Shown here: positions 28,264-39,400 of the stretch, piece after piece
Layout of the letters: each line of letters starts with the position of its first letter
Numbering within the stretch: position 1 is the first letter of the stretch
Assembly (NCBI GenBank): GCA_016933575.1
Contig: JAFGAR010000064.1
Location: forward strand, 1-64,000
From: Candidatus Thorarchaeota archaeon
Lineage (GTDB): Archaea > Asgardarchaeota > Thorarchaeia > Thorarchaeales > Thorarchaeaceae
Direction of reading: 5' to 3'
DNA: 64,000 bases
The notes under the pieces: model-generated
Told to the model about the DNA's origin: nothing
What the model saw: the letters and a program-made list of their open reading frames with translations, nothing else
Database searches by the model: none
Position numbers and translations under genes: made by a program

Positions 28264-29526
28264 CTATTTCCGTTTTATAAGAGCTACTCCTATAGCAAGG
28301 AGAACAGCTACAGCACCAACAGCTACGTAGGGAAGAAGGCTAGGTAGATCTAGTTGACCACCTGGTGGCGTTGTAGCATTTGGATCTACAACTGGAAATT
28401 GATCTGTATTTGAGGCATCTCCATCAATAGCATAGGCAATATCCACAATGTTGTCTGAATTTGCATCTGGTGATAACCAATCATTGTAGTGGTTGTAGGA
28501 AAACTGATTGTCTTCTCCATTATCCTCAACTTGACAATCGCCATCATTGTTGTCAATAAAGATATTATCAGTAATTGTGACATTGGATGTGTTCACACTT
28601 AATTTCAGTGCATAATCTGAGCTGTTTGTTACAGTATTATCACTTATCAGAACTGAATCTCCTGATGCAAGGTATATCCCAATACCAGCGGCATCTGTTA
28701 TCCTATTTTCTATGATTTCAGAGTTTACTCCACATGTGGCTATTCCGCCTGTTTGTGTTCCGACAATGGTATTGTCTGAAATGATTATCTCACTTCCAAG
28801 AGGTAGCATCACTGCTTCTAATGATGTGTTTGTGAATGTATTTCCTTGAACTGTCACACGTGTACACAAGTTGACTCGGACGCCATATTGTCCTCCAGTG
28901 ATAGTGTTATCTGAGATTATAGTGTCATTTAGACCACCAGCTACCCAGATATTGTGTGCAAGGTTTCCACTGAAGATATTTCCAGTGATGCTAGAATTGA
29001 ACATTCCATTCAAAACGACAATACCCTGCTGAGTGTTATTACAGATCTGATTCCCACTAAAAACACAATTATGGACGCCCTCATAAGTGTCAATGCCAGC
29101 ATCTCTATCTCGAATTATATTATTTACAAACTCTCCATTGGATACATTAGTTAACCAGATACCAGAGAACTCGGATGGAGCGCCTCCCTCAAACAAACAA
29201 TCGGACACTTTCCAATGAAGGTCTACATTCCATAGTCTAAGACATTGGATGCCTTCATCAGCAATTCTGTATCCTGAGATTGTGATCGGATTACCTTGGG
29301 TGCCATCACCAGACCAACTCTCAGTTACTGCCTGAAACATGAAATCAGCATTACCATCAATCAAAATTGGACTATGGTCCGAGTAAGCTAATGCGTTGGT
29401 GGAATTCCTGTTGATACTCGGTTCTATTGTTATACAAGCAGATTTGTTGTTTCCAATAGAGCCTACAGAAAAGAGTATCATCATAGTTAGAATCAAAAAA
29501 CTTCTTGTGAGTTTTTTCATTGTCAC
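28264..29526 (-). CDS. Secreted right-handed parallel beta-helix (NosD/CASH-like) protein with C-terminal anchor
   Basis: Repeated I..N.I....GI motifs, GDGT..NP..I, N.Y.D...D.N.D.IVD..Y.I.G, TM + KRK. Confidence 0.85.
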   Translation of the reverse strand: MTMKKLTRSFLILTMMILFSVGSIGNNKSACITIEPSINRNSTNALAYSDHSPILIDGNADFMFQAVTESWSGDGTQGNPITISGYRIADEGIQCLRLWNVDLHWKVSDCLFEGGAPSEFSGIWLTNVSNGEFVNNIIRDRDAGIDTYEGVHNCVFSGNQICNNTQQGIVVLNGMFNSSITGNIFSGNLAHNIWVAGGLNDTIISDNTITGGQYGVRVNLCTRVTVQGNTFTNTSLEAVMLPLGSEIIISDNTIVGTQTGGIATCGVNSEIIENRITDAAGIGIYLASGDSVLISDNTVTNSSDYALKLSVNTSNVTITDNIFIDNNDGDCQVEDNGEDNQFSYNHYNDWLSPDANSDNIVDIAYAIDGDASNTDQFPVVDPNATTPPGGQLDLPSLLPYVAVGAVAVLLAIGVALIKRK

Positions 29527-29712
29527 TCTATCTCCTTATCAGAAACCTCATCGAGGTTGAATGAGTAGAGTATACTAATACTAAGTAGATTTTAGGTCGG
29601 AGCAACGGCAACAATTACGGTTATTTTTTACCTTTTATGCGGTTCATTGATAGGATAATGCTAATTCGAAACCGTAATACGCATTCTCTATCTGGTTACA
29701 TATTTAGATTTA

Positions 29713-30231
29713 CTAAACAACGTACAGGTAAATTGATTCATCATCATTTGTTCTTGTTGGAGTCCAGCCATCCAGAATAAACCTGTATGAGACTACGCGT
29801 GTTCCGGGTTGAAGATCTTCTGAGAGTTTCTCTCGTATCTTTTTGTTGATCTCGTACCCTTGATACAATGTCACCACTGTTGCATCTTCGAGATCGACTT
29901 TGAAAAAATTCCTCTTGATCACCTGAACTTTGGAACTGACTCGATTTCGTCGGATTGATACCTTTGACCAGAGGTACCTGAGGGGATCTACCTCAATTCC
30001 TATTGAGCGTGCACCAAATTCCTTCGCAGCCATTACTATTATTCTTCCATCTCCTGAACCTAAGTCATACAGAATATCGTCATGATTCACATCTGCGAAC
30101 TCAAGCATACTACGGACTCTCTTTCTTGGTGTTGGGACCCATGGTGCCCCGACAATTCCCGACCATGCTATCCAGATTACAAAGAGAATAATACAGGTCT
30201 CTATTGCGAGTATGAGAATCCAGTCTATCAT
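29713..30231 (-). CDS. Class I SAM-dependent methyltransferase, FAM173/aKMT-like with N-terminal TM
   Basis: GAPWVPT, YDLGSGDGRI, GIEVDP, ATVVTLY, PGTRVVS..F. Confidence 0.85.
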   Translation of the reverse strand: MIDWILILAIETCIILFVIWIAWSGIVGAPWVPTPRKRVRSMLEFADVNHDDILYDLGSGDGRIIVMAAKEFGARSIGIEVDPLRYLWSKVSIRRNRVSSKVQVIKRNFFKVDLEDATVVTLYQGYEINKKIREKLSEDLQPGTRVVSYRFILDGWTPTRTNDDESIYLYVV

Positions 30232-30330
30232 CCTTAGTCTTGAAGTGATGAAATGTCATCAATATAAATTCAGTACATGATGGAGTTCTTCTTTAGGCGA
30301 ATAAGTTAGTGCGTGAATTTATAACAGAAA

Positions 30331-32622
30331 GTGCCATGGCAGACTGAAGAGGTGGAGGTCTTGAAACGCGTCCTACCTATGATATTAATACCAATATTTC
30401 TAGTGACTATGTTCATAGTCCCACAAGCTCTTGTTGGGACAAGTGAAAATTTGACACTTCAAGATCTTGCAGCACCTGCGCAGGTGTCAAGGGATGCAAG
30501 AATTGCTGTGTATGATGAAGATAATGTAACGGTACCGACTGAATCAGCGGCTGAGAATCTGACAAACCATATCTCTGCTCTGGTGACGCTTCTTGAAAAT
30601 GCGGGTCATGAGGTCACTGAACTCACAACTGCAGACATTCTAAATCATGAATTGTCTGTCGCTGATTATGACATTTTTGTCATGGTCAATAATGTTCCCC
30701 GAGAAAATATAGGTACGTTAGTGAAAGATTACTGGCTTGGTGGAGGAGCATTATTGAGTTTCAATAGTGCAATGAGCTATCTCTGGTATCAGGAAATTAT
30801 CTATCCTGGAGTCACTGGTGATCCACGGTATATTGCTTGGGATTATCGACCTTTTGACACTCAAAATGTGACTGTACGTCATTCTACGATGAAGGACTAT
30901 CATATCAATGATACAGTCATTGAAAATGCTGGTAACTGGGCAATTGCTGCAAAATCCATCTTCAGTGGTTCAGATATTGTTGATGATTATATCTTCATGT
31001 TGGCGAATCTAACAGAACCAAATTTCGTGTCTGCCTTTAGTGTCGAAAATTCGTATAGAGGTGGACGTATTGTTCAATTACCTGGCGATGGACAATCATT
31101 CACAACTTCAATCAGAAGTATAATTTTTGATTCAGTCGATTGGTTGGTTCCACGACCAAAAGGGAGAATCTTGTTTGACTTAGCTCATAGTCCGAGAAAT
31201 CCCATCGATTCTTGGGACAAGGATAATGGTTATTCACTCTACTGGGTTGCGGCTAATGGTTTCACCCATCTTAGAAATTACCTAGTAAACCACACCTATG
31301 TGGTCGATAAGCTGTACCCCACCACTGGAGATGCTTATACATCAGCAGTACTAGCGAAGTATGAGATGCTCATTGTTGCTTGGCCTGATCTCAATTTCAC
31401 AGACACAGAGATTACTACCCTTACTAATTGGGTAACTAATGGTGGAACTCTCCTAGTCCTAGGTGATCGTACAGGTCTCGGCGGTAATGGTTATATCTGG
31501 CTGAACGAATTATTAGCAGATTATGATATCAGTCTAGGAACTACTGATGTCATGACCTATGTTACAGCTACTCCCGTTACGCATTATACAACTGAAGGAA
31601 CCACTTCCCTTGAAGTTGGTTACAGAAACTATCTGAGTGTGATTGGAGATGGTTTTGATATCTGGGAGATTTCTGGCAACCCTGTGGTGGCAGGTCAAGA
31701 ATATGGGCAAGGTAGAGTCATTCTCAGTGGAGATATGAATATCTTTGACAATACTCAGCTAATGAACAATGACAATGAGAGATTCCTGTTGAATGTTGCC
31801 AACTGGTTCACTGCTGGTAGTGATGCAGACTTGCTTCTGTTCACAGACTATACACCACTGACCGATGATTTTGGTTATCACGCTCCAGTTACATTGGCAG
31901 CAAATGAACTTGGTCTTTCATACTATCTTACCATGACACGAACTGCATTTCTAGATATTCTAGATGCTCAATCATGGGATCTTGTTGTGGTAGATATTCC
32001 AAACTCTGGACCAAATACAGCATTACTCGATGCCCTCTACTCATACGTTGACAGCGGCAGGAAACTGCTAATGTGCAACTATGATGTTGATTTCTATCCT
32101 ACTCATCCGTTATGGTCAAAAATTGGAATTGAGTACTCTAGTGACATTACAACTGCAGACAGATTCTTTGTTTGGGATGAAATGCATGAGATATTCAATG
32201 AACCATTTGATTATGGACTAACATACTTCAATGCGACCCTTAGTTTTGGTGATGATGGCGATCTGCTAACGGTAACTGGCGGATCTGTTGCATTAGCAGG
32301 ATATGCTGTAAACGAAACTGCAGATAACGCACTTATTGTTCTCAATAGTGCAGGCACAGTTCTCTACAATGGCTTTCTCTTTGATATGATGGCTGGTGAT
32401 ATTGATGACTCGACATATGAGGATCGATTTGAGTTATGGACCAACGAGTTAGCTTTTATGGTTACGACTGGTGGCGGAACTACATTACCATTTGACCTGC
32501 TAACTCTTGCTATCATCGGCGGGGTGGCTCTGGTCCTAATCATCATCATTGTATTGGTGGTGCGGCGTAGATCATCTACTCCTGCTCCAAAACCAAAGAA
32601 GAAGTCCACCAAGAAGAAATAA
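30331..32622 (+). CDS. Secreted surface protein with tandem DUF4350/GIFT-like (class I GATase-like) domains and TM anchor
   Basis: ILFDLAH, NWV.NGG.LLVLGD, G.GRVILSGD.NIF.N, DN.RFLLN..NW; probable start TTG 30361. Confidence 0.75.
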   Translation: MPWQTEEVEVLKRVLPMILIPIFLVTMFIVPQALVGTSENLTLQDLAAPAQVSRDARIAVYDEDNVTVPTESAAENLTNHISALVTLLENAGHEVTELTTADILNHELSVADYDIFVMVNNVPRENIGTLVKDYWLGGGALLSFNSAMSYLWYQEIIYPGVTGDPRYIAWDYRPFDTQNVTVRHSTMKDYHINDTVIENAGNWAIAAKSIFSGSDIVDDYIFMLANLTEPNFVSAFSVENSYRGGRIVQLPGDGQSFTTSIRSIIFDSVDWLVPRPKGRILFDLAHSPRNPIDSWDKDNGYSLYWVAANGFTHLRNYLVNHTYVVDKLYPTTGDAYTSAVLAKYEMLIVAWPDLNFTDTEITTLTNWVTNGGTLLVLGDRTGLGGNGYIWLNELLADYDISLGTTDVMTYVTATPVTHYTTEGTTSLEVGYRNYLSVIGDGFDIWEISGNPVVAGQEYGQGRVILSGDMNIFDNTQLMNNDNERFLLNVANWFTAGSDADLLLFTDYTPLTDDFGYHAPVTLAANELGLSYYLTMTRTAFLDILDAQSWDLVVVDIPNSGPNTALLDALYSYVDSGRKLLMCNYDVDFYPTHPLWSKIGIEYSSDITTADRFFVWDEMHEIFNEPFDYGLTYFNATLSFGDDGDLLTVTGGSVALAGYAVNETADNALIVLNSAGTVLYNGFLFDMMAGDIDDSTYEDRFELWTNELAFMVTTGGGTTLPFDLLTLAIIGGVALVLIIIIVLVVRRRSSTPAPKPKKKSTKKK

Positions 32623-32630
32623 CTTGAACT

Positions 32631-32673
32631 GAGAAGCCTTTAACAGAGGCTTCTCCTCTCTTTCTTTTTTTTT
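32631..32673 (+). terminator. Hairpin + U-tract terminator
   Basis: GAGAAGCCT-N7-AGGCTTCTC then CTCTCTTTCTTTTTTTTT. Confidence 0.75.
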
Positions 32674-32826
32674 AAATCAAAACAAGTGGCAAGTCTCAGC
32701 TGCTCACCGTTTCATCATTGCACAAGGCTCTGACAGTAATGTTAGCCTCATCGACTGCCAAATATTTCTTAATGCTATTCTCTTATCAGTATGTTCAATG
32801 GACTAATATGCGGGAATATGAAAAGT

Positions 32827-34629
32827 TCAATCTAGTCGATGTCTCGCCTTGAATCTGGCAATTGCCTCAGGTCCCATTCTTCCGACTTTCCGGTCTATAT
32901 CTTCTTTGAGAATCCTGATCATAGATGGTCTGCCATGACAGCAGTTGTACTTACTCTTTGTTCTGGACAATTCTTCGATGAGGTCGCGGATTTCTTCATT
33001 ACTTAGAGACTGGCCTGAACGGATTGCTGAGTGGCATGCTGCAACTTTAATTACATTGTCCATGAAAGCATCCACTGCTTCTTTTTCTCCAATATCGACG
33101 ATTCTATCAACTAATGATATTAGTTCTATCTCACTCGCAACTCGTCCAAAAATCTCAGGCACTGCTGAGATAGATATCTCATTACCACCAAAACTAGTAA
33201 TTGAGAATCCAATGTTGTCAAGGGTCTCTGCGAGGTCAAGGATCTGTTCGGCATCTTTCGGACTCAGGCTCAGAATAAATGGCTGAAGTAGTTCCTGAAC
33301 CGCTACTGTTCCAGTGTTGACTTCTTTTCTCAATTGTTCGTACAGAACTCTCTCATGTGCTGCATGTTGATCTACTATGAGAAGTCCTTCATCAGATTCG
33401 AGGAGAATGTACAATTTATGTATCTGGCCAACAATCCTGAATACGCCGCCAAGAATTTCGACTCCAATCGATTCTTCATTCTCTATATCTGGTGGCTTGA
33501 GAATCACCTGTTCAACAAGAGGTATAGCTGCTATTTGTTCCTCTTGAAGAATTGGTGCAGTTCCATGTGATTCTTTCTCATTATTCTCCTGAGTTGGCAA
33601 TCCTAGGATCGATTCGAGGGTTGTTGCTTCAGTTTTTTCTTCACGTTCACCCAAAGCATATCTCACTGCTCTACTGACAGCTTCGCAGACTTTTTCAATA
33701 TTGAGAATACGTACTTCTCTTTTAGTTGGGTGAACATTGACGTCAACCTTAGACAGATCTAGAGAAACATCAAGAGCGCATATTGGAAACTGACCTTTCA
33801 TCAGAGTTGTTGAGAATGCGATTTCTACAGATTGACTCAATCGTTCATCTGATATCGGTCTCTTGACCACTGAGAAATACTCTCTTGACCTATTTCCACG
33901 CGAGATTGGTGGTCTTGCAATGAATCCACTGATTCGTATCTCATCGGTCTTGTAATCGACATCGACCAATGCCTTAGCTACATCTATGCCCCAAAGCGCT
34001 GTTATCCTATCAGTAGCACTCTGTTTAGGTGGGCAATCTATTACAAGTTCATTGTTTCTTCTCAATCTAAAACCAATCTCAGGTCGTATGACTGCGTGTC
34101 TCATTACGGCTTCCTGAATTCTCTGAGCTTCAGTTTTTTCATCTGCAAGATGTTTCCGTCTTGCAGGGATATCTCTGAATAAGTCTGTGACTTCTACAGT
34201 TGTTCCAACTGGTCGCGCTTGGTCTCTAATTGTTGTCTTTTGTCCAAATCGGGAAGTAACCACAGTACCTATCTCTTCACTCTCTGTTTGCGTAGTGATT
34301 CTAATATCTCCAACTGCCGCTATACTTGCTAATGCTTCTCCCCTGAAGCCATAGGTTGCAATATGCTCAATATCCTCTCTTGTACTGATCTTACTGGTTG
34401 AGTAACGGTGCAAGCAAATTGCACAGTCCTCTCTCAGAATACCAGTTCCATTATCTGACACTACAATTGATTTTGTGCCACCCTCTTCAATGGATATATC
34501 TATCAGGTTTGCTCCTGCATCAAGGGAGTTCTCCATCAATTCCTTTACTATTGATGAAGGATTCTCAATCACCTCTCCAGCTGAGATCAAGGACACAAGG
34601 TCCTCGGTCAGCATCCTGACCTTACCCAT
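32827..34629 (-). CDS. mutL: DNA mismatch repair endonuclease MutL
   Basis: AGEVIE, KELMENSLDAGA, TSKI, GFRGEALASI, VDVNVHPTKREV, DQHAAHER..YE, ACH, CHGRP. Confidence 0.97.
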   Translation of the reverse strand: MGKVRMLTEDLVSLISAGEVIENPSSIVKELMENSLDAGANLIDISIEEGGTKSIVVSDNGTGILREDCAICLHRYSTSKISTREDIEHIATYGFRGEALASIAAVGDIRITTQTESEEIGTVVTSRFGQKTTIRDQARPVGTTVEVTDLFRDIPARRKHLADEKTEAQRIQEAVMRHAVIRPEIGFRLRRNNELVIDCPPKQSATDRITALWGIDVAKALVDVDYKTDEIRISGFIARPPISRGNRSREYFSVVKRPISDERLSQSVEIAFSTTLMKGQFPICALDVSLDLSKVDVNVHPTKREVRILNIEKVCEAVSRAVRYALGEREEKTEATTLESILGLPTQENNEKESHGTAPILQEEQIAAIPLVEQVILKPPDIENEESIGVEILGGVFRIVGQIHKLYILLESDEGLLIVDQHAAHERVLYEQLRKEVNTGTVAVQELLQPFILSLSPKDAEQILDLAETLDNIGFSITSFGGNEISISAVPEIFGRVASEIELISLVDRIVDIGEKEAVDAFMDNVIKVAACHSAIRSGQSLSNEEIRDLIEELSRTKSKYNCCHGRPSMIRILKEDIDRKVGRMGPEAIARFKARHRLD

Positions 34630-34638
34630 TAAACCACC

Positions 34639-36204
34639 TCATGTCCGAGCGATTGAGTATTCAACTATTCCTCCCACAACAGTCATTTCTACATCGACAT
34701 CATTGATATCTTGTGGATCTATCTCCAATATATTATCTGAGAGGACAACAAAATCCGCTCTTTTTCCCACTGTCAAACTACCTAGAGTGTCTTCCTGAAA
34801 TACAGAGTATGCACTCTCCATCGTGTAGCATCTAAGAGCTTCTTCAACCGTAAGCCTCACCCTGTCGTTGTGATGAGTGGTGGCTGACCAGATTCCATAT
34901 AGTGGTCCATAAGGCATTCCATCAGAACCAAAGCAAAGTCGTGCTCCATTATCTAGAGCAACACGAAACATATTCATCCCACGAACTGTTTCTTCGTCGA
35001 GTCGTTCATCATAGAGTCCTCCTGGCTGTTGCCAACGACCAACAAAGTTTGGCTGCATTGATAAAATTAGACCAAGACCTACGGCTCGTCGAATCTGATA
35101 TTCATTAATTAATTCTGCATGTTCGATCCTGTGTCGTTGTACTCTGATTGCACTTTTAGTTTCAAGCCTTTCAAAGGTTGAAATGACCATCTCAATGGCT
35201 TCATCACCAATTGCATGAGTCGCTGTCTGAATGTTATTTTCAACAGCCTGTTTGATAACAGACTCGTATTCTTTTGGTGGGAAGAATATCATTCCCTTAT
35301 TCTGTGGGTTCTTTTTGTATCCCTTCGACACTGCTGCAGTCATTGCGCCTATTGATCCGTCTGTGAAGATCTTGACACCTCCAACCTTGACCAAAGGACT
35401 TCCCATAGCTGATGTCATTCCCAGATTTATCATATGGGACATCTGACTAACAGGAATATTGACAATCATCCTAGTGGTTAGTCTTTGCTGCATCTCAATT
35501 TCACGTATGTGCTTCAAAGTACCACTCGCGGCGTTATCAACGACAGCAGTTATTCCATGCTCATTAGCAATCCTATTTCCAGCAATCACGCCATCACGAA
35601 TCTTGTCAGGTCCTGACCTTACTTTTTCCCACACTTCATCGATGTCCTTTAACACTCCAGTTGGTTTTCCTTTCCTATCTTTCTCGACCCCAGTCTGCTT
35701 GAGCGATATTCCTAGCTTCTTTAATCCCACAGAATTCACGCTTGCAAGATGTCCATCTACTCGTGTTACCATAATTGGTCTCGTCTTACTAACATCATCC
35801 AAGTCCTTACCATTGATGTATCGTTTCTCAGACCAATCGCTCTCATCCCAACCATAACCAAGTACCCATTCATCATCCCCATAATTTGGCAAAACCTCTT
35901 TCAACGCTTTCTGTACATCTTCTACTGACTTTGTTGTCTCTAGTTTGACATGAGACTCTTTCACGCCTGCACTTGTTAAATGGGTGTGCGCATCAATGAA
36001 TCCGGGAACAACTGTCTTTCCACCCAGGTCAATGACTCGTTTTGCCGCGGGTACTAATTCTACAATTTCTTCCTCTTCTCCAACAGCCAGGACCTTATAG
36101 CTCTTTACTGCCAATGCAGAAGCGTATGGTTTCTGAGGATCCATTGTGATGATATTTCCATTGAAAACAACTAAGTCAGCTTCAATCTTCAAGGTATTTC
36201 CCAC
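34639..36204 (-). CDS. Amidohydrolase family 3 (YtcJ-like)
   Basis: PGFIDAHTH, KIFTDGSIG, HAIGD, HRIEHA, GSD, G.L.VGK.ADFVVL. Confidence 0.92.
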   Translation of the reverse strand: MGNTLKIEADLVVFNGNIITMDPQKPYASALAVKSYKVLAVGEEEEIVELVPAAKRVIDLGGKTVVPGFIDAHTHLTSAGVKESHVKLETTKSVEDVQKALKEVLPNYGDDEWVLGYGWDESDWSEKRYINGKDLDDVSKTRPIMVTRVDGHLASVNSVGLKKLGISLKQTGVEKDRKGKPTGVLKDIDEVWEKVRSGPDKIRDGVIAGNRIANEHGITAVVDNAASGTLKHIREIEMQQRLTTRMIVNIPVSQMSHMINLGMTSAMGSPLVKVGGVKIFTDGSIGAMTAAVSKGYKKNPQNKGMIFFPPKEYESVIKQAVENNIQTATHAIGDEAIEMVISTFERLETKSAIRVQRHRIEHAELINEYQIRRAVGLGLILSMQPNFVGRWQQPGGLYDERLDEETVRGMNMFRVALDNGARLCFGSDGMPYGPLYGIWSATTHHNDRVRLTVEEALRCYTMESAYSVFQEDTLGSLTVGKRADFVVLSDNILEIDPQDINDVDVEMTVVGGIVEYSIART

Positions 36205-36441
36205 GCACTTGATTATCTCAACAACGCCATATCTTTCTTGTCATTAAATCATGTGGGTTTTATTTTTTCTTCTCTTGGAAAAATAAACATCCAGCATATC
36301 CTCATATATAGAATTCACTGTTAATAATGATGGATATATAATATTTACAAGTGCCACCGTATGCCATACTTCAGTGTTCTGACGCGTCATCACTTCTCGT
36401 GGCGGGCGAGAGCAGACGGTTGCACTCTGGAGATGACTTGA

Positions 36442-39400
36442 ATGCGTTCAATGCGATTAATCAACAAGACATTCACCTTGTTCCTATTGACATTGTTCGT
36501 AGTTTCCTTTGCAATGGCAGGTAATTCTGCAGCCATTCCTCAACAAGACTCTATAGTGATTGAGGATATGAACTACCTGGCTAGTCTACAACCAGTTTCC
36601 CAATCTACAACCGCAGATACTGGGACAAATGTGAATTGGTACACAGACACAGGACACTACAACAATACATGGACGTGGTCGAATAACAACTGGCTCTTTG
36701 GACCTGAAGCCAGCTATGAAATTTTCTATGACAATGGTAGTCAAGTCGATAAACTCGACTATCTGCCAGTTTCAGAACAGATTACTTGGAAGATAAATAT
36801 TCCAAAGAATGTTCTTCGAGGCTCTGGTATCAATTCAGTCTACATCAATGGTTGGTACATCGTACCTCCTGAGGCAAACATGACTGCTAGTTTCAATATT
36901 GACTTTTACAATGGGACTCCAGCAACATGGTCTGTTTATTCCTACAGCTGGAACCGCACCAACTATGAAAGCGGTCCACCATTCCTAACAATCAACCAGC
37001 CTGGTTGTTCCTTAACAGAGGACTCAGCTATGTATTATGTTACATACAAGATTACATTCTTGGAAGAAGTCCCCGTTGGACTCTACGGTATTAACATTCA
37101 GATTACTGATAGCGATTACAATTCACACACAGTGAAATCCAGGTATGCTTCAACATACGAGAGTGATAAGATTGCCATTGGTATCCCACGGTCTCTAGCT
37201 TATAGCGAAGCGTATCATGGTGGTTACACACTGGAGAAACAAGATCTTTCTGGTGATTTAATCTACAGTGTAAGCCGTGAAACAGACTTTATGATGCGTT
37301 TCAATATCACAGGAAACGGAGATCTCGACTATGCTATGCTATGGTCATACTTTAGTGGTCAGATGAAGATTCCTGTGAACCGAACAGGATATCATGATGT
37401 TATGGTAACAAAGACTGGTGGTTGGGTCTGGAATCCAGAAATTCAAACTTATATATACAACAATTCAATCGAGTTTACGATACCCGAGAGGGTTTGGGGC
37501 GAATATACAGAATATGAGTATTACTATGGTTCTGACTATCGAGAATATGAATATCGCTATCTTATGTACAACGCGACAACCGGTCTAGATGAAGTATATA
37601 CCTCAACTAGCACCCAACAAATGCAACTGATGTTTGTCTTCAATTTTACAACGTGGTCATTTGAAACACTCTATGGATTTACATATACAACATACCCCTT
37701 TGAGACCTTCGTGCCAGGAGTATATTATTCCGAAACTATATTCTACACTGAGCCAATCGAAAATGCTCCATTCCAAATGTTCGAATTGAATCTTGGATTA
37801 AGCAACGCCTATTCCCAAGATGGTGTTGTGAGTGTTGAATTCATAGGACATTTCACAGAGGATGCACCTAAGGGTTCTGTAGTCAATTTCTATGACATGG
37901 TCGTTGATAAAAGTGGCTTCTATTATGGCATTAATGCTGGAGACACTGGTGATTATCCTATGACTTGGCAAGAATACAATGATGCCAAGTCTGTAGCAGT
38001 TGAATCACCTGTCACTATAGCAAAACTTCTGCGACCAGACGACTCGCCTGTCTATGGTTGGTTCTTTCCAGCCAAATCTGGTGAGGAATTCAAAGTTCGG
38101 GGTCGTCTCCAAGGAGGAGCTGATCTAGCTTCTGATATCGATGGAGCCATCTTCGAGATGAAATCCTATGATAGTCACTATACTGATACATCTTATGGAT
38201 ACACAGACATGTACTATGAGATTCTAGTGGAATCTGATGCTACTGTAACAATGACAGCTTACAACTACACTGCATTGAACAATTACACATACGGATATCA
38301 CTGGGAGTGGGGACAGTACCTCGCAACTGGTTGGCATTATGAATACAATGAGACCTCTGGAGAAACAATATGGGTCTATGGTGATTACTACACCTATGGT
38401 GAACAATGGGTTGAAGGATGGTATTGGGACTGGTTCTATTTCAACCAAAAGACAGGTGAATGGGTGAATTATCGAGATTGGTACTACTACGATTATAGAT
38501 CTGAGGCAACAAAAGTCAATACTGCATTTGCTGAAGTATCTAACATAACCATCTATACGAGTGGCGGAGATCTCTATTACTCATTCCTTGTGAATCTTAC
38601 TGATTATGTCCGTGAGATTTCTCATTGGTGGGACTTCAGATTTGCAAATAGCACCTGGATAGAGGATCCCTCTTCCGAGATGGGTTTCCATGATATTGGT
38701 ATCTGGAGATCTGGGTGGATTCATAGCTTCGATCATATGGGCGAAGAGGTCTATGTAGATGTCACATCAAAGATTGGTGTGTACAACAGCTCAATCTCTG
38801 GTATCTCAGATTGGCTTCCAGTCGAAGAGACCCCCTATATCTCAATTGATGGTGTTGACTACCCAATCAAAGTTCGAAACATCATGTATTCTTACTCTAC
38901 TACGACTGAGGAGAGAATTCTCTTCTATGACAATGATGGTGAGTATTATGAACTCCTGAATGGCACCAAGATCTATATTCAAAGCGAGCGGACAGCCTTC
39001 ATCTATAATGTGACCATTCCATTCTATGGTTCGTTCCTCACAACTCAGAAACATGCATACTATTGGTATGACGGAGTCGAATATTGGAACAGCTGGATAG
39101 ATATCAATGGCAATGTTCACCAAGGAACTGATTATTCCGACTGGGATATGAATGCAATCGTGGAGTACCTTAGCTCGTCAGATATTATTCAAGCTGGATA
39201 CTATCTTCGTGTAGGTGAATCAACAATCCTTCGCGTGCAAGACTATCCACGCAGTGATCCTAGGACTGGTACAGAATATATCTTAGATGAATTCGGTACA
39301 CGATATGATCTAGTCTATGTTTATGGTTACCAATACATTGACTATGAAGGATTGCTTCAACGTGTATCCTACACACAAGAGTACTTTAACGCAACTTACC

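Noticed and set aside
32575-32622. Eukaryotic di-lysine (KKxx) or NLS signal in the Lys-rich tail
   Set aside because: Positions -4 and -5 are Thr and Ser, so the motif does not fit; a basic stop-transfer tail explains it.
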